Shown in pieces: positions 51,122-61,696 of a stretch of DNA of 64,000 nt (position 1 is the stretch's first letter; the number at the start of each line of letters is the position of its first letter). Made by a program: the position numbers and the translations under genes. A model generated the notes under the pieces. It saw nothing but the letters and a program-made list of their open reading frames with translations. It was not told where the DNA came from and made no database searches. The stretch covers positions 3,119 through 67,118 of the forward strand of contig JAGCWW010000003.1 in the NCBI GenBank assembly GCA_017961685.1. The letters run 5' to 3'. This stretch comes from Acholeplasmatales bacterium (GTDB lineage: Bacteria > Bacillota_I > Bacilli_A > Acholeplasmatales > JAEDCM01).

Positions 51122-52849
51122 TTAAGATTTTCTTACATCAATATGAACATCAATTAATTGTTTTTCTTCTACACTTGATGGAGATTCACACATTAAATCT
51201 CTAGCAGATTGTGTTTTAGGGAAGGCAACAACATCTTTGATGTTATCTGTATTTGTCATAATCATTGTGATTCTTTCTAAGCCCATACCAATTCCTCCAT
51301 GAGGTGGTGTACCATATTTTAAGGCTTCAGTGAAGAATCCAAACTTATTCTTGATATCTTCATCAGTTAATCCAAGTGTTTCAAACATTAATTTTTGAAC
51401 ATCTTGGTTATAAATTCTTAAACTTCCACTACCAAGTTCATATCCATTTAATACAATGTCATAAGCATTTGCATAACATTTTTCTGGATTAGTCTTCATA
51501 TATTGTAAGCATTCATCCTTAGGTGCAGTGAATGGATGAGTTGAAGCATACCAGCGGTTATCTTCTTCACTCCATTCAAATACTGGCCAATCTACAATCC
51601 AAGCAAATTCAAATCTATTTGGATCAAGTAATCCTTCTTTTTTCGCAATAAAGCTACGAAGTGCACCAAGTGAGATTTGAACAATCTTTAGCTTACCATA
51701 AGTAATTAGAATTAAATCTCCTTCTTTTAAGTTTAGTTGAGATATAATTTCTTTTTGTTTTGCTTCATCTAAGAATTTCATAATAGAACCAGATAATTCA
51801 TTATTTTGATATCTTAAATAAGCAAGTCCTTTTGCTTTATATTTTTTAGCCAAATTAGTTAATTCATCTAAGTTCTTTCTAGTGTATGAATTAGCATTTT
51901 CAACCTTTATACCTTTAATAGCTCCACCAGCCATAAATTCGATATGATTAAATAGATTAGCACAATCAAATAATACCATACCAAATCTTAAATCTGGCTT
52001 GTCTGAGCCATAAGTATCCATACTATCTTCATAACTAATTCTTCTAAATGGTGTTTTTAAATCTACATTTAAAATCTTTTTAAAGACATGTTTAAACATA
52101 CCTTCAATAATTGTTTGAATTTCTTCAGCATTTAAGAATGATGTTTCAACATCGATTTGTGTGAATTCTGGTTGTCTATCAGCACGTAAGTCTTCATCTC
52201 TAAAGCATCTAGCAATTTGGAAGTACTTTTCAAATCCGGCAATCATATATAATTGCTTAAAGATTTGAGGAGATTGTGGTAGAGCATAGAATTCACCTTC
52301 ATATAGACGTGAAGGTACTAGATAGTCTCTTGCTCCTTCTGGTGTTGATTTAGCAAGAATTGGAGTTTCAAGCTCTAAGAAATCTTGACTAATCATATAT
52401 TCTCTAATTGCTTGAGTAATTTTAGATTTAGTGATAAAGAATTTTTGCATACAAGGTCTACGTAAATCTAGGTAACGATATTTTAATCTTGTATCTTCTA
52501 GTGCATCAGTATTATCAGCAATAATAATTGGTGGTTGAATTGATGTATTTAAGATTTTTAATTCAATACAATCAATTTCAATATCTCCTGTAGGAAGATC
52601 TTTATTTTTGCTTTCACGTTCAATAACTTTACCTTTAACTTGAATAACATATTCATTTTTTAGTTGGTTAGCTACTTCATAATTAGCATTATCTGGTTTA
52701 ACAGCAATTTGAGTTATACCAAATTTATCTCTAATATCGATAAAGATTAAACCTCCAAGGTTTCTTTTTTTAGCAACCCAACCTTTAAGTTCAACTATTT
52801 TATTAACATCTGTAATTCTTAATTCTCCATTATTATGTGTTCTATTCAT
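51122..52849 (-). CDS. aspS: Aspartate-tRNA ligase
   Basis: MNRTH start at 52849; RYLDLRR, LPQSPQIFKQ, FRDEDLRADRQPEF, YGTPPHGG. Confidence 0.98.
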   Translation of the reverse strand: MNRTHNNGELRITDVNKIVELKGWVAKKRNLGGLIFIDIRDKFGITQIAVKPDNANYEVANQLKNEYVIQVKGKVIERESKNKDLPTGDIEIDCIELKILNTSIQPPIIIADNTDALEDTRLKYRYLDLRRPCMQKFFITKSKITQAIREYMISQDFLELETPILAKSTPEGARDYLVPSRLYEGEFYALPQSPQIFKQLYMIAGFEKYFQIARCFRDEDLRADRQPEFTQIDVETSFLNAEEIQTIIEGMFKHVFKKILNVDLKTPFRRISYEDSMDTYGSDKPDLRFGMVLFDCANLFNHIEFMAGGAIKGIKVENANSYTRKNLDELTNLAKKYKAKGLAYLRYQNNELSGSIMKFLDEAKQKEIISQLNLKEGDLILITYGKLKIVQISLGALRSFIAKKEGLLDPNRFEFAWIVDWPVFEWSEEDNRWYASTHPFTAPKDECLQYMKTNPEKCYANAYDIVLNGYELGSGSLRIYNQDVQKLMFETLGLTDEDIKNKFGFFTEALKYGTPPHGGIGMGLERITMIMTNTDNIKDVVAFPKTQSARDLMCESPSSVEEKQLIDVHIDVRKS

Positions 52850-54176
52850 TTTCCTTCGCCTCGCAATCACAATTACAGTCACCACAACTACTACTGCATC
52901 CAGAACAGCTTCCACTTCTTAGTTTATTTACAACATAAGAATATAAGCTATCTAGAGGGATAGTAACTTGTTCAGTTGAATTAGGTGTTTTAACATTAAT
53001 TACGTTATTTTCTAATTCTGTATCTCCTAAAATACCAATGTATCTTGCATGGTATTTTTCAGACATTTTAAATTGGTTTTTAAGTTTTCCGTTAAGATAA
53101 TCCATTTCAGTGATTAATCCACCTAAACGCATATCATTAACTAATTTCATTGCTTTAAGTCTTGCTTTATCACCTAAAGCAATAATGAATAAGTGAATTT
53201 GATTTTCACTATTTAAATTATGTTCTGCTTCTATAGCAGCAAGTAATCTTTCTAAGCCAAAGGCAAAACCAATACCTGGAGTAGATGGCCCACCTAAATT
53301 TTCTACTAAGTGATCATATCTACCACCACCACACATTACATTTTGGCTACCAAAGCCTTCAATTGAAGCTTCAATTTCAAAGATTGTGTGAGTATAATAA
53401 TCTAGGCCTCTAACAATCATAGGATCTACTTCAAAGTTGATATTCATTTCTTTTAAGTATTCTAATACTTTATTAAATCTACTTTTTGCTTCATCTGATA
53501 AATAATCGATGATTTTAGGTGCATTTTTGAATATTTCAGTATCTCTATCAACCTTACAATCTAAGATTCTTAAAGGATTCTTTTCTAGTCTTACTTGACA
53601 GTCTGGACATATTACATCCCTATATTGTGTAAAATATTCAACTAAAGCTTTTTTATAAGTTTCTCTAGTTTGATCATCTCCTAAAGTATTAAGTCTAACC
53701 TTTATACCTTTTAAGTTAAAAGCACGAATTATTGTTACTGCAAGGCTTATTACTTCTGCATCCATAATAGGATCAGATGAACCAAAACATTCTACACCGA
53801 ATTGATTAAATTGACGATAACGCCCTTTTTGTGGACGTTCATATCTAAACATACTACCGATATAAAATAGTTTATTAATAGGTTCAACAAACATTTTATT
53901 TTCAATAAATGCTCTAACAACACCAGCTGTACCTTCAGGACGTAGTGTTACTAATCTATCTCCTCTATCTTTAAAATCATAAGTTTCTTTTTTAACTAAA
54001 TCAGATGTTTCACCTACAGTTCTATGAAATAATTCACTTGCTTCAAATATAGGTGTTCTAATTTCTTCATAATTAAATATTTGGCATACTTGTCTTATTT
54101 TATCTTCCATAAAACTCCATTTGTATGAGTCAGTAGGTAAAACATCATAAGTACCCTTTGCTTTTACAATAGCCAT
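52842..54176 (-). CDS. hisS: Histidine-tRNA ligase with Cys-rich C-terminal tail
   Basis: LRPEGTAG, FRYERPQKGRYRQF, RGLDYY, GGRYD. Start ATG 54176 behind AAGGAGG. Confidence 0.98.
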   Translation of the reverse strand: MAIVKAKGTYDVLPTDSYKWSFMEDKIRQVCQIFNYEEIRTPIFEASELFHRTVGETSDLVKKETYDFKDRGDRLVTLRPEGTAGVVRAFIENKMFVEPINKLFYIGSMFRYERPQKGRYRQFNQFGVECFGSSDPIMDAEVISLAVTIIRAFNLKGIKVRLNTLGDDQTRETYKKALVEYFTQYRDVICPDCQVRLEKNPLRILDCKVDRDTEIFKNAPKIIDYLSDEAKSRFNKVLEYLKEMNINFEVDPMIVRGLDYYTHTIFEIEASIEGFGSQNVMCGGGRYDHLVENLGGPSTPGIGFAFGLERLLAAIEAEHNLNSENQIHLFIIALGDKARLKAMKLVNDMRLGGLITEMDYLNGKLKNQFKMSEKYHARYIGILGDTELENNVINVKTPNSTEQVTIPLDSLYSYVVNKLRSGSCSGCSSSCGDCNCDCEAKENE

Positions 54177-54177
54177 T

Positions 54178-56166
54178 TTAATCCTCCTTGCTAAGTAAGT
54201 TATATCTATTTGCCATATCAATAACTAACTTATATGTCTTTACTTTTTCTACTTCATCTAACATAGTTTCCTTATCATATTCATTAAAGAATCTATAACT
54301 CTTCTTTTTAGTGTAATAGATATAATTATCAGTAATGATTGTTAAGTTATTTGGATCATAGTAGAATGTTTTTTCATCAGTTAATCCATTTACACCTAGT
54401 CTAACACCTCTATAATCTAGGTTAAATAAATCAACTACTGTTGTGAATAAATCTGTTTGGCTTCTAACTAAATTAGTTTCCATAACTCCTGATGTAGCTA
54501 AATATAAACTATTTGAGCCATCAAAAATTAAGGCTGGAACCTTTAAATTATTAAGTGCACTATCAATAATTGATTGCTTACCGAATAATTCTTTCATTTC
54601 ACTATTAGTTAAGAATGAGCCATGATCACCATAAATTAGATAGATACTATTAGTATCATTTTTCATTTGTGTATATAAATCACCTAAATAGTCATCTACA
54701 TATTTCATATATGCTAAATATCTATTTAACATCTTGTTTTTATATCCAAAATCATATTCTTTTTCTTTTGGATTTCCTTTAAATGGTGTATGACTTATTG
54801 TCATTATTGAATAACTTAAAAAAGGTGTTGTTAAGTCTTTTGTAACTTCCTCTTCCCAGTCTAAGACAACTTTATCATCAACCCAACCATTTATATAACT
54901 ATCTGGATCTTCTTTTTCAGTTTTATGCGTTTTTAAATAATCCTCTAGAGAATAGAATTCATCATAGCCAAATAAGTATTCGTGTACTATTTCTCTATTA
55001 TAGAAGGCTTCTAAATCTCCATGGAAGGAATAACATGTTGAACTATATTTTTCTTTAAACATATCCGCTAATGTTTGGTAACTATAATTATTTTTCTTAT
55101 ATTTATAGTCCCAGTGAAGTGTATTTTGTCCTTGAACATTTACACCCGTATTAACGGCAAGTTCCGCATCGGCTGTTTTACCTTGTCCAGCTGATGTATA
55201 GAAATTCTTAAAGTAGAATGATGCATCATCATTAATAATTCTATTTAAGTTTGGCATTAATAATGAACCATCTTCTAGTTTTAAATTAACACAATAAGTG
55301 TTAACTGATTCTAGTTGTATTATTTTTAAGTTTTTACCTTCAAACAATCCTACATAATCATGACTATTTGAATTAGTTGAATCTAAATAGTTAGTATAAG
55401 TTGATTCATTTCTATCAAATTCTTTAACTAATACAGTAACTTCTTCTTGTTTATAATCTTTCTTTCCAGAATAATAGAAATTCCAACCTAAAGCTTCATG
55501 GAAATAATAATTATAAACACCTAGGTTTTCACAACCATACATAGCTAAATCACTATTATATGGCCATTTATTTTTAACACTACGTCTAAATGATAAAACC
55601 ATACCAAAACTTAATGATATCGCAAGTAGTATTGATGCGACCTTTTTTGGTGTAGTGTGTGATTCTCTTCTATCATTTAAGATTTGTCTTTTCCTAAATA
55701 CAATAGGTAAGACGATAAAGGCGATTCCAGGAAGTATAAATGCAAACATACCTGTAGTGAAGAATTCCGCTAAAACTTGTAAAGCAACATTTGCGCCAAG
55801 CTCTCCTGCAGGGTTTCTTACTAAAGACATTTGATGGAAGGAAAATAAGACGAAATAATATCTTGAATATACTCTTAAAGCATAAATTAAGATGGTAAGT
55901 AATATCATAATTATACCTAAAGTATAGATTCTACGATAAGGTCTTCTTATAAAGATAAATACGATTAGACAAATTATTGATAATATGGAAATATTACCAA
56001 CAATTGATGTGAACTCTGATTTAAAAGTCCTTTTAAAAGATACGACATATGGGTTAAATGTACGTGTTGTTAAGGCATAAGTTAGTATTAAGCCAACAAA
56101 TAAAAATATACAAATAGAAATTGTTTGAATTACTATTGCTTTATTTTTAAATAGTCTTTTAAACAT
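54178..56166 (-). CDS. LTA synthase family protein
   Basis: Several TM segments; IIQLES, GQGKTADAE (catalytic Thr), SHTPF, YGDHG. Confidence 0.9.
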   Translation of the reverse strand: MFKRLFKNKAIVIQTISICIFLFVGLILTYALTTRTFNPYVVSFKRTFKSEFTSIVGNISILSIICLIVFIFIRRPYRRIYTLGIIMILLTILIYALRVYSRYYFVLFSFHQMSLVRNPAGELGANVALQVLAEFFTTGMFAFILPGIAFIVLPIVFRKRQILNDRRESHTTPKKVASILLAISLSFGMVLSFRRSVKNKWPYNSDLAMYGCENLGVYNYYFHEALGWNFYYSGKKDYKQEEVTVLVKEFDRNESTYTNYLDSTNSNSHDYVGLFEGKNLKIIQLESVNTYCVNLKLEDGSLLMPNLNRIINDDASFYFKNFYTSAGQGKTADAELAVNTGVNVQGQNTLHWDYKYKKNNYSYQTLADMFKEKYSSTCYSFHGDLEAFYNREIVHEYLFGYDEFYSLEDYLKTHKTEKEDPDSYINGWVDDKVVLDWEEEVTKDLTTPFLSYSIMTISHTPFKGNPKEKEYDFGYKNKMLNRYLAYMKYVDDYLGDLYTQMKNDTNSIYLIYGDHGSFLTNSEMKELFGKQSIIDSALNNLKVPALIFDGSNSLYLATSGVMETNLVRSQTDLFTTVVDLFNLDYRGVRLGVNGLTDEKTFYYDPNNLTIITDNYIYYTKKKSYRFFNEYDKETMLDEVEKVKTYKLVIDMANRYNLLSKED

Positions 56167-56692
56167 TACTTGCCTTAAGTCTTTCAACTAAAGTAGTATT
56201 ATTTGTTAAATATTTAACAATTTCTAAGCCAAATTCAATGGAATAATACATTGATCTTGCTGTAATATAATTATCTGTCCTTACAACTCCTGTGTTTTTA
56301 TAATTACCATTAATGTATTTATCAAAACCAGGGAAGCAAGTATAATCTTTACCTACTAAATAGTCTCTAAGTAATGCTGGGGCAGCACAAATAGTTGCGA
56401 TTAGTTTTTTATGTTTATTAAAAACTTCTATCGCATCATATACTCTCTTATCGTTAAGTAGAGAATTCATTACAGCTTTACCACCAGGAATAACTAAGAA
56501 GTCATAATCTGATAGTTTAACATCCTTATAGAATGTATCAACTACTATTTTATTACCACATTGTGTAGTTAATTCCTTATCATTACTCATATTAACCCTT
56601 AAAACTTCAAGTCCTCCTCTAACTAAAACATCAATTGTAGCTAGAGCTTCTGTATCTTCAAAATAATTGTCTAAAAGTATAATTCCTTTCAT
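56159..56692 (-). CDS. DJ-1/PfpI (YajL/ThiJ-like) protein
   Basis: FEDTEA, IPGG, ICAAP, TCFPG, ITARS. Confidence 0.92.
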   Translation of the reverse strand: MKGIILLDNYFEDTEALATIDVLVRGGLEVLRVNMSNDKELTTQCGNKIVVDTFYKDVKLSDYDFLVIPGGKAVMNSLLNDKRVYDAIEVFNKHKKLIATICAAPALLRDYLVGKDYTCFPGFDKYINGNYKNTGVVRTDNYITARSMYYSIEFGLEIVKYLTNNTTLVERLKASNV

Positions 56693-56703
56693 TTTAATCC
56701 TCC

Positions 56704-57141
56704 TTAAATCTCAAGTAGAATTGTTGTTGGACCGACATTTGTGATTTTTACATTCATATCAGCACCAAAAATTCCTTCTTCGACTACTAAGTTATAATCT
56801 TTTCTTAAAATTTCATTAAATTCTAAATATAATTCTTTTGCACCATCTTTTAGTGCAGATGTAAATGATGGTCTATTACCTTTTCTTGCATCACCATATA
56901 AAGTGAATTGTGAAATAGATAAAATCTTTCCATCAACATCTTTAATTGATAAATTAAGTTTATCATTACTATCAGGAAATATTCTTAAATTAGCGACTTT
57001 ATAAGCCATTTTTTTAACAATTTCAATATTATCATCTAAGCCAAAGCCTACTAAAAGCATATATCCTTTATCAATTTGTCCATTTATTTTACCTTCAATT
57101 TCAACACTTGCATCTATTACTCTTTGTACTACAACTCTAAT
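56704..57141 (-). CDS. dtd: D-aminoacyl-tRNA deacylase, apparent ATT start
   Basis: SQFTL, KGNRPSF, FGADM, NVGP; frame extends upstream of the ORF-track start to (I)RVVVQRVIDASV at 57141, giving 145 aa. Confidence 0.92.
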   Translation of the reverse strand: MRVVVQRVIDASVEIEGKINGQIDKGYMLLVGFGLDDNIEIVKKMAYKVANLRIFPDSNDKLNLSIKDVDGKILSISQFTLYGDARKGNRPSFTSALKDGAKELYLEFNEILRKDYNLVVEEGIFGADMNVKITNVGPTTILLEI

Positions 57142-59323
57142 TGTTATCTCTTTCTACTTGTATAACATTCTTAATCTTTTGGATATTATTTATTAATGTT
57201 TGTAATTCATCAATATTTTTAACCAAAATCTTAATCTTTGTTACAACAAGTCCATCTTCTTTTTGGTTTGCTTGCAAAGATAATATAGAAGAGTTAGATG
57301 AAGTGATAGTTGAAATTAAATCCGCAAATATAGAATTATTTTGTGAAATAACTTTAATTCTACAAGAATATTTCTTTTCGTTATTTCCTTCCCAGAATAC
57401 TTCTACGAATCTCTTTTTATCTAAATCTTGGATATTCTTACAGTTAATAGAGTGGACAATTACTCCATTACCCTTAGAAATATAACCAACGATTGGATCT
57501 CCTGGTATACAGTTACAGCAGTTACCTAACTTTACTTCAGCATTGCTTACACCTGAAACAATAATACCAGTTGATTTATTTGCTTTTACAATTCTTTCTG
57601 TTTTAGCGATTTGCTTTTGTAAAGTATCTTCATAATGATATTCTTTACCTAAAAGCTTAGCTACAACAGTTTTTGGACTTACAATTTTCTTAGCAATTTC
57701 AACGTATAAATCTTCAATTGTTTCGATTCCTTGACGTTGGAAATGTTTTCTAATAAATTCTTGAGTAACTTCAGAATTAACTTTATTAGCAATAATTTCT
57801 TTTTCTAAGTCTTCTCTACCACGTTCAATCATTTCATCACGGTATTTATTACTTAAGAAACTCTTGATTTTAGCTCTTGCATGTCCTGTAGTTACTTTCT
57901 TTAACCAATCTTCTGATGGCCCTTGAGAATTCTTTTGTGTTCTAATATTTACAATATCACCAGTTTTTAAAACAGTATCTAAGACAACATTTTTATTGTT
58001 TATTGTTGCTCCAACAGCATTATTACCTACATCTGTATGAATTTTATAGGCATAATCTAGTACTGTTGCACCTTGTGGTAAGGCGATAACTTCTCCTTTA
58101 GGTGAGAATACATAAATATTAGTATCAAGTAAATCAGTTTTAACAGCATCAACGAATTGGGTTGGGTCTCTATTAATGTCTTGATCCTTAGATAGCATTA
58201 ATAATTCACCATACCATTTTAGTTTTGTTGCCATTTCAAATTGAATCTTATCTTTTGAATAAGTTTTATTTTCTTTATATGCCCAGTGAGCAGCGATACC
58301 TACTTCCGCTACATCATCCATATCCTTAGTTCTTATTTGAATTTCAAATATTTCACTATTTACACCAACTACTGTTGTATGTAGTGATTGATAAAGATTT
58401 GGTTTAGGCACTGCGATATAGTCTTTAAAACGTTTAGGTAGTGGTACAAAGTGAGCATGTATAATACCTAATGCTTGATAGCATGTTTCAATTTTATCAA
58501 CTATTATACGTATAGCTAATAAATCGTAGATATCATCAAAATCACGATTTTTTTCATACATTTTCTTGTAGATAGAATAAATATTTTTAATTCTACCTTT
58601 TATTTCATATTTCTTTAACTTAATTGTTTTAAAATGTTCTTCAATTGCCGAAATCATTTCTTTAATCAAGTTTTCTCTTTCTGTTTTCTTTGCGTTAATT
58701 AAATTAGTGATGTGATAATAAATATCAGGGTTTTCATATCTTAAAGCTCTATCTTCAAGTTCAGCTTTAATTTTGAACATACCTAATTTGTGAGCAAGTG
58801 GTGCATAAATTTCTAGAGTTTCTTTTGCCTTTCTTATTTGGGCTTCCCTAGGCATTGCATCCATTGTACGCATGTTGTGTAATCTATCAGCAAGTTTAAT
58901 TAAAATAATACGAATATCATTTGCCATAGCAAGTAACATCTTTTGATGTGTTTCAGCTAGAGCTTGTTCTTTTGAAGATTCGAAAGTGATTTGGTTAATC
59001 TTTGTTACACCTTCAACTAAATAAGCAATATCGTAGCTAAAGTTTTCTTTGATATCTTCAAATGATGCATCAGTATCTTCTATCGTATCGTGAAGTAGTG
59101 CTGCGGCTATAGTTACTGGTTCAACTGATAATTCAGAAAGTATATAAGCTACTGCAAGTGGGTGAATGATATATGGTTCACCTGTTCTTCTAAACTGATT
59201 AGCATGCTTTAAAAGAGCATAGTTATATGCCCTATTAATTAGGTTTAAGTTTTCATCCTTCTTTAAATATTTACGACAACTTTCTAGTAAGTCATCAATA
59301 GTTACATTTTTAACCTGTGACAT
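57137..59323 (-). CDS. relA: Bifunctional (p)ppGpp synthetase/hydrolase Rel
   Basis: GEPYIIHP, LHDTIED, KLADRLHN, YQSLHT, EIQIRT, AAHW, TGS and ACT regions. Confidence 0.97.
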   Translation of the reverse strand: MSQVKNVTIDDLLESCRKYLKKDENLNLINRAYNYALLKHANQFRRTGEPYIIHPLAVAYILSELSVEPVTIAAALLHDTIEDTDASFEDIKENFSYDIAYLVEGVTKINQITFESSKEQALAETHQKMLLAMANDIRIILIKLADRLHNMRTMDAMPREAQIRKAKETLEIYAPLAHKLGMFKIKAELEDRALRYENPDIYYHITNLINAKKTERENLIKEMISAIEEHFKTIKLKKYEIKGRIKNIYSIYKKMYEKNRDFDDIYDLLAIRIIVDKIETCYQALGIIHAHFVPLPKRFKDYIAVPKPNLYQSLHTTVVGVNSEIFEIQIRTKDMDDVAEVGIAAHWAYKENKTYSKDKIQFEMATKLKWYGELLMLSKDQDINRDPTQFVDAVKTDLLDTNIYVFSPKGEVIALPQGATVLDYAYKIHTDVGNNAVGATINNKNVVLDTVLKTGDIVNIRTQKNSQGPSEDWLKKVTTGHARAKIKSFLSNKYRDEMIERGREDLEKEIIANKVNSEVTQEFIRKHFQRQGIETIEDLYVEIAKKIVSPKTVVAKLLGKEYHYEDTLQKQIAKTERIVKANKSTGIIVSGVSNAEVKLGNCCNCIPGDPIVGYISKGNGVIVHSINCKNIQDLDKKRFVEVFWEGNNEKKYSCRIKVISQNNSIFADLISTITSSNSSILSLQANQKEDGLVVTKIKILVKNIDELQTLINNIQKIKNVIQVERDNN

Positions 59324-59356
59324 AATAATCACATCCTTCATCGTGCAAATTTCTTT

Positions 59357-59869
59357 TTAGTATTTTAGTAATGATTCTACCTCATATTTTTTAAGTAATT
59401 CTCTACCATTTAAATCAACTAATTCAATAGCAAAGATCATACCTACAACACTACCCTTACTTCTTTCAACTAGCTTACAAGCAGCATTAACAGTTCCACC
59501 TGTAGCAAGTAAGTCATCAACGACTAATACTTTATCATTTTCATTAATAGCATCCTTATGAATACTAATAGTGTTTGTTCCATATTCTAGAGCGTATTCT
59601 TCGCTAATGATTTCTCTTGGTAATTTACCAGGCTTTCTAACTGGTACAAATGGTAGAGCTAATTCATAAGCTACAGCTGTACCAAATAAAAAACCTCTAG
59701 CTTCAGGAGCAACGATTTTAGTTGCGCCTACCTTTTTAGCATATTCAACCATTTTACTAACAGCATACTTAAATGCTTCACCATTATTAAGTAATGGTGT
59801 GATGTCTCTAAATAAAATTCCTTTAGTTGGGAAATCAGGGATATCATAAATATATTTTTTTAAATCCAT
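59357..59869 (-). CDS. apt: Adenine phosphoribosyltransferase
   Basis: [38 protein letters not shown]. Confidence 0.97.
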   Translation of the reverse strand: MDLKKYIYDIPDFPTKGILFRDITPLLNNGEAFKYAVSKMVEYAKKVGATKIVAPEARGFLFGTAVAYELALPFVPVRKPGKLPREIISEEYALEYGTNTISIHKDAINENDKVLVVDDLLATGGTVNAACKLVERSKGSVVGMIFAIELVDLNGRELLKKYEVESLLKY

Positions 59870-59944
59870 AAAAATCACTCCTAACATTTAAATTATACAT
59901 TTTTTTAAGCGATTTTTCTATATATTTATATTAAAATATATATA

Positions 59945-59966
59945 AAAAAGGCAAAAATTTTGCCTT
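59945..59966 (-). terminator. Intrinsic terminator
   Basis: AAGGCAAAA/TTTTGCCTT stem plus T-run. Confidence 0.65.
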
Positions 59967-59969
59967 ATT

Positions 59970-61601
59970 TTACTCTAATTTTGATAATTTTCTTAAACTT
60001 AGTTCAAAACCATTTACTTTTCTTCCTTGGATTTGAACTATTTTTTTATTCATATCAGGTCTAATTTCAAAGCTCGTTTTATTGTTATGAATGATAATAT
60101 CACCAAAACAATAATTAGGTATTTTAGTTAGTTTTGATAAGAATTCTACTAATTCTTTTGGCCTAACTCCATCATTTCTACCTAAGTTAATTTGATAGTA
60201 AGAATATGATATTTCTTTACCCTTAGCATCAGTTCTATTATGCTTTTTAGAATCTTTATTTTTCCTTTTGTATGGTTCTTCTATTTCAATTTCTTTATAT
60301 TCTTTGATTTCATCTTTTACGATTTTATCAAGTAAAGCATTTAAAATATCAATACCATCATAACCTTCAGCAAGTAATTTATTGATGATTGGTTTATAAG
60401 TATTTTTCTTTTCACTTGAATCAATAATCATAGTGATATCTGAATATATTTTCTTTTGTTTTTGTTTAATTATTTCATCAATTGATGGAATTTCTTTCTT
60501 TTCCATCTTACTTTTTGTGAATCTTTCAATTTCACTAATTCTATTTCTTCCTCTACCTGTAACAAAGCTTAAAGAAACTCCACTTAAACCTGCTCTACCA
60601 GTTCTACCTATACGATGAACATATGATTCATCATCTTGTGGTAGATCATAGTTAAATACAGCTTCAACACCTTTAACATCAATACCTCTAGCCGCAACAT
60701 CAGTAGCAATTAATATTTTTGTTAAGCCGTTTCTAAATGAATTCATTACTCTATCTCTTTGAACTTGTTTTAAATCTCCATGAATGGCATCTGCGGCATA
60801 ATCATGTTGTTGAAGAGCGCTTGTAAGTTCATCTACCATACTCTTTGTGTTACAGAAAATGATAGCGGAATTAAAGGAATAAAAGTCAATTAAACGTATT
60901 AATAAATCAGTTTTACTTGATTGTTTTACTTCATAATAATATTGTTTAGTTTGATCAACAGTTAATGTTTTAGCACCAATTTTAATATTGATTGGATTAT
61001 TTAAATATTTCTTACTAACCTTTCTTATTTCTTCAGGCATGGTTGCCGAAAATAAAAGGGTTTGTCTATTGTTTGGAGTGTTTGCTAATATGAATTCAAT
61101 ATCATCAATAAAGCCCATTTTAAGCATTTCATCAGCTTCATCTAAAACTAACATTTTAAGATTTGTAAAGTTTAGGGTACCTCTATTCATATGATCAATT
61201 ATTCTACCTGGTGTACCAATTACAATATGTGGTTTAGCTTTTAAATCTTTAAGTTGTTTATCATAACTTTGTCCACCATAGATTGTTGTAACTTTTACAT
61301 CTCTATTAAACTTAAGTAGCTTTACATATTCAGCATAAACTTGTAGAGCTAACTCTCTAGTTGGTAGCATTACAAGTCCTTGAATGTTATTATTTTTAGT
61401 ATCTATTTTTTCAATCATAGGTATTGCAAAAGAAAAAGTTTTGCCTGTACCTGTTTTAGCTTCTCCTACTAAATCAAATCCTTCTAAAGCTTTTGGAATT
61501 GCTTCATTTTGGATATCTGTAGGGGTAGTAAAGCCAAGTAATTCAATTGCTTTTTTCAACCCTACTTGTATATTCATTTCATTAAAAAGTATTTTTTCCA
61601 T
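59970..61601 (-). CDS. DEAD-box RNA helicase (CshA/DeaD-like, DbpA-type C-terminal domain)
   Basis: TGTGKT, PTRELA, TPGR, DEAD, SAT, ARGID, HRIGRTGRAG. Confidence 0.95.
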   Translation of the reverse strand: MEKILFNEMNIQVGLKKAIELLGFTTPTDIQNEAIPKALEGFDLVGEAKTGTGKTFSFAIPMIEKIDTKNNNIQGLVMLPTRELALQVYAEYVKLLKFNRDVKVTTIYGGQSYDKQLKDLKAKPHIVIGTPGRIIDHMNRGTLNFTNLKMLVLDEADEMLKMGFIDDIEFILANTPNNRQTLLFSATMPEEIRKVSKKYLNNPINIKIGAKTLTVDQTKQYYYEVKQSSKTDLLIRLIDFYSFNSAIIFCNTKSMVDELTSALQQHDYAADAIHGDLKQVQRDRVMNSFRNGLTKILIATDVAARGIDVKGVEAVFNYDLPQDDESYVHRIGRTGRAGLSGVSLSFVTGRGRNRISEIERFTKSKMEKKEIPSIDEIIKQKQKKIYSDITMIIDSSEKKNTYKPIINKLLAEGYDGIDILNALLDKIVKDEIKEYKEIEIEEPYKRKNKDSKKHNRTDAKGKEISYSYYQINLGRNDGVRPKELVEFLSKLTKIPNYCFGDIIIHNNKTSFEIRPDMNKKIVQIQGRKVNGFELSLRKLSKLE

Positions 61602-61659
61602 ATTATCACCAAACCTCTTGAATTATAACATAATAATTTTATTTTTACTATTGTAAAAT

Positions 61660-61696
61660 AAAAAAGTACTCCATAAAAACGTTTTAGAGTACTTTT
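61660..61696 (-). terminator. Intrinsic terminator
   Basis: AAAAGTACTC/GAGTACTTTT inverted repeat. Confidence 0.65.

Noticed and set aside
52850-52915. Hydrophobic N-terminal extension of AspS in the ORF track
   Set aside because: Artefact of reading the hisS Cys tail in another frame; the true start is MNRTH at 52849 with an SD upstream.
54177-54230. T-box riboswitch upstream of hisS-aspS
   Set aside because: No intergenic space (1 bp from the upstream gene) and no T-box motif seen.
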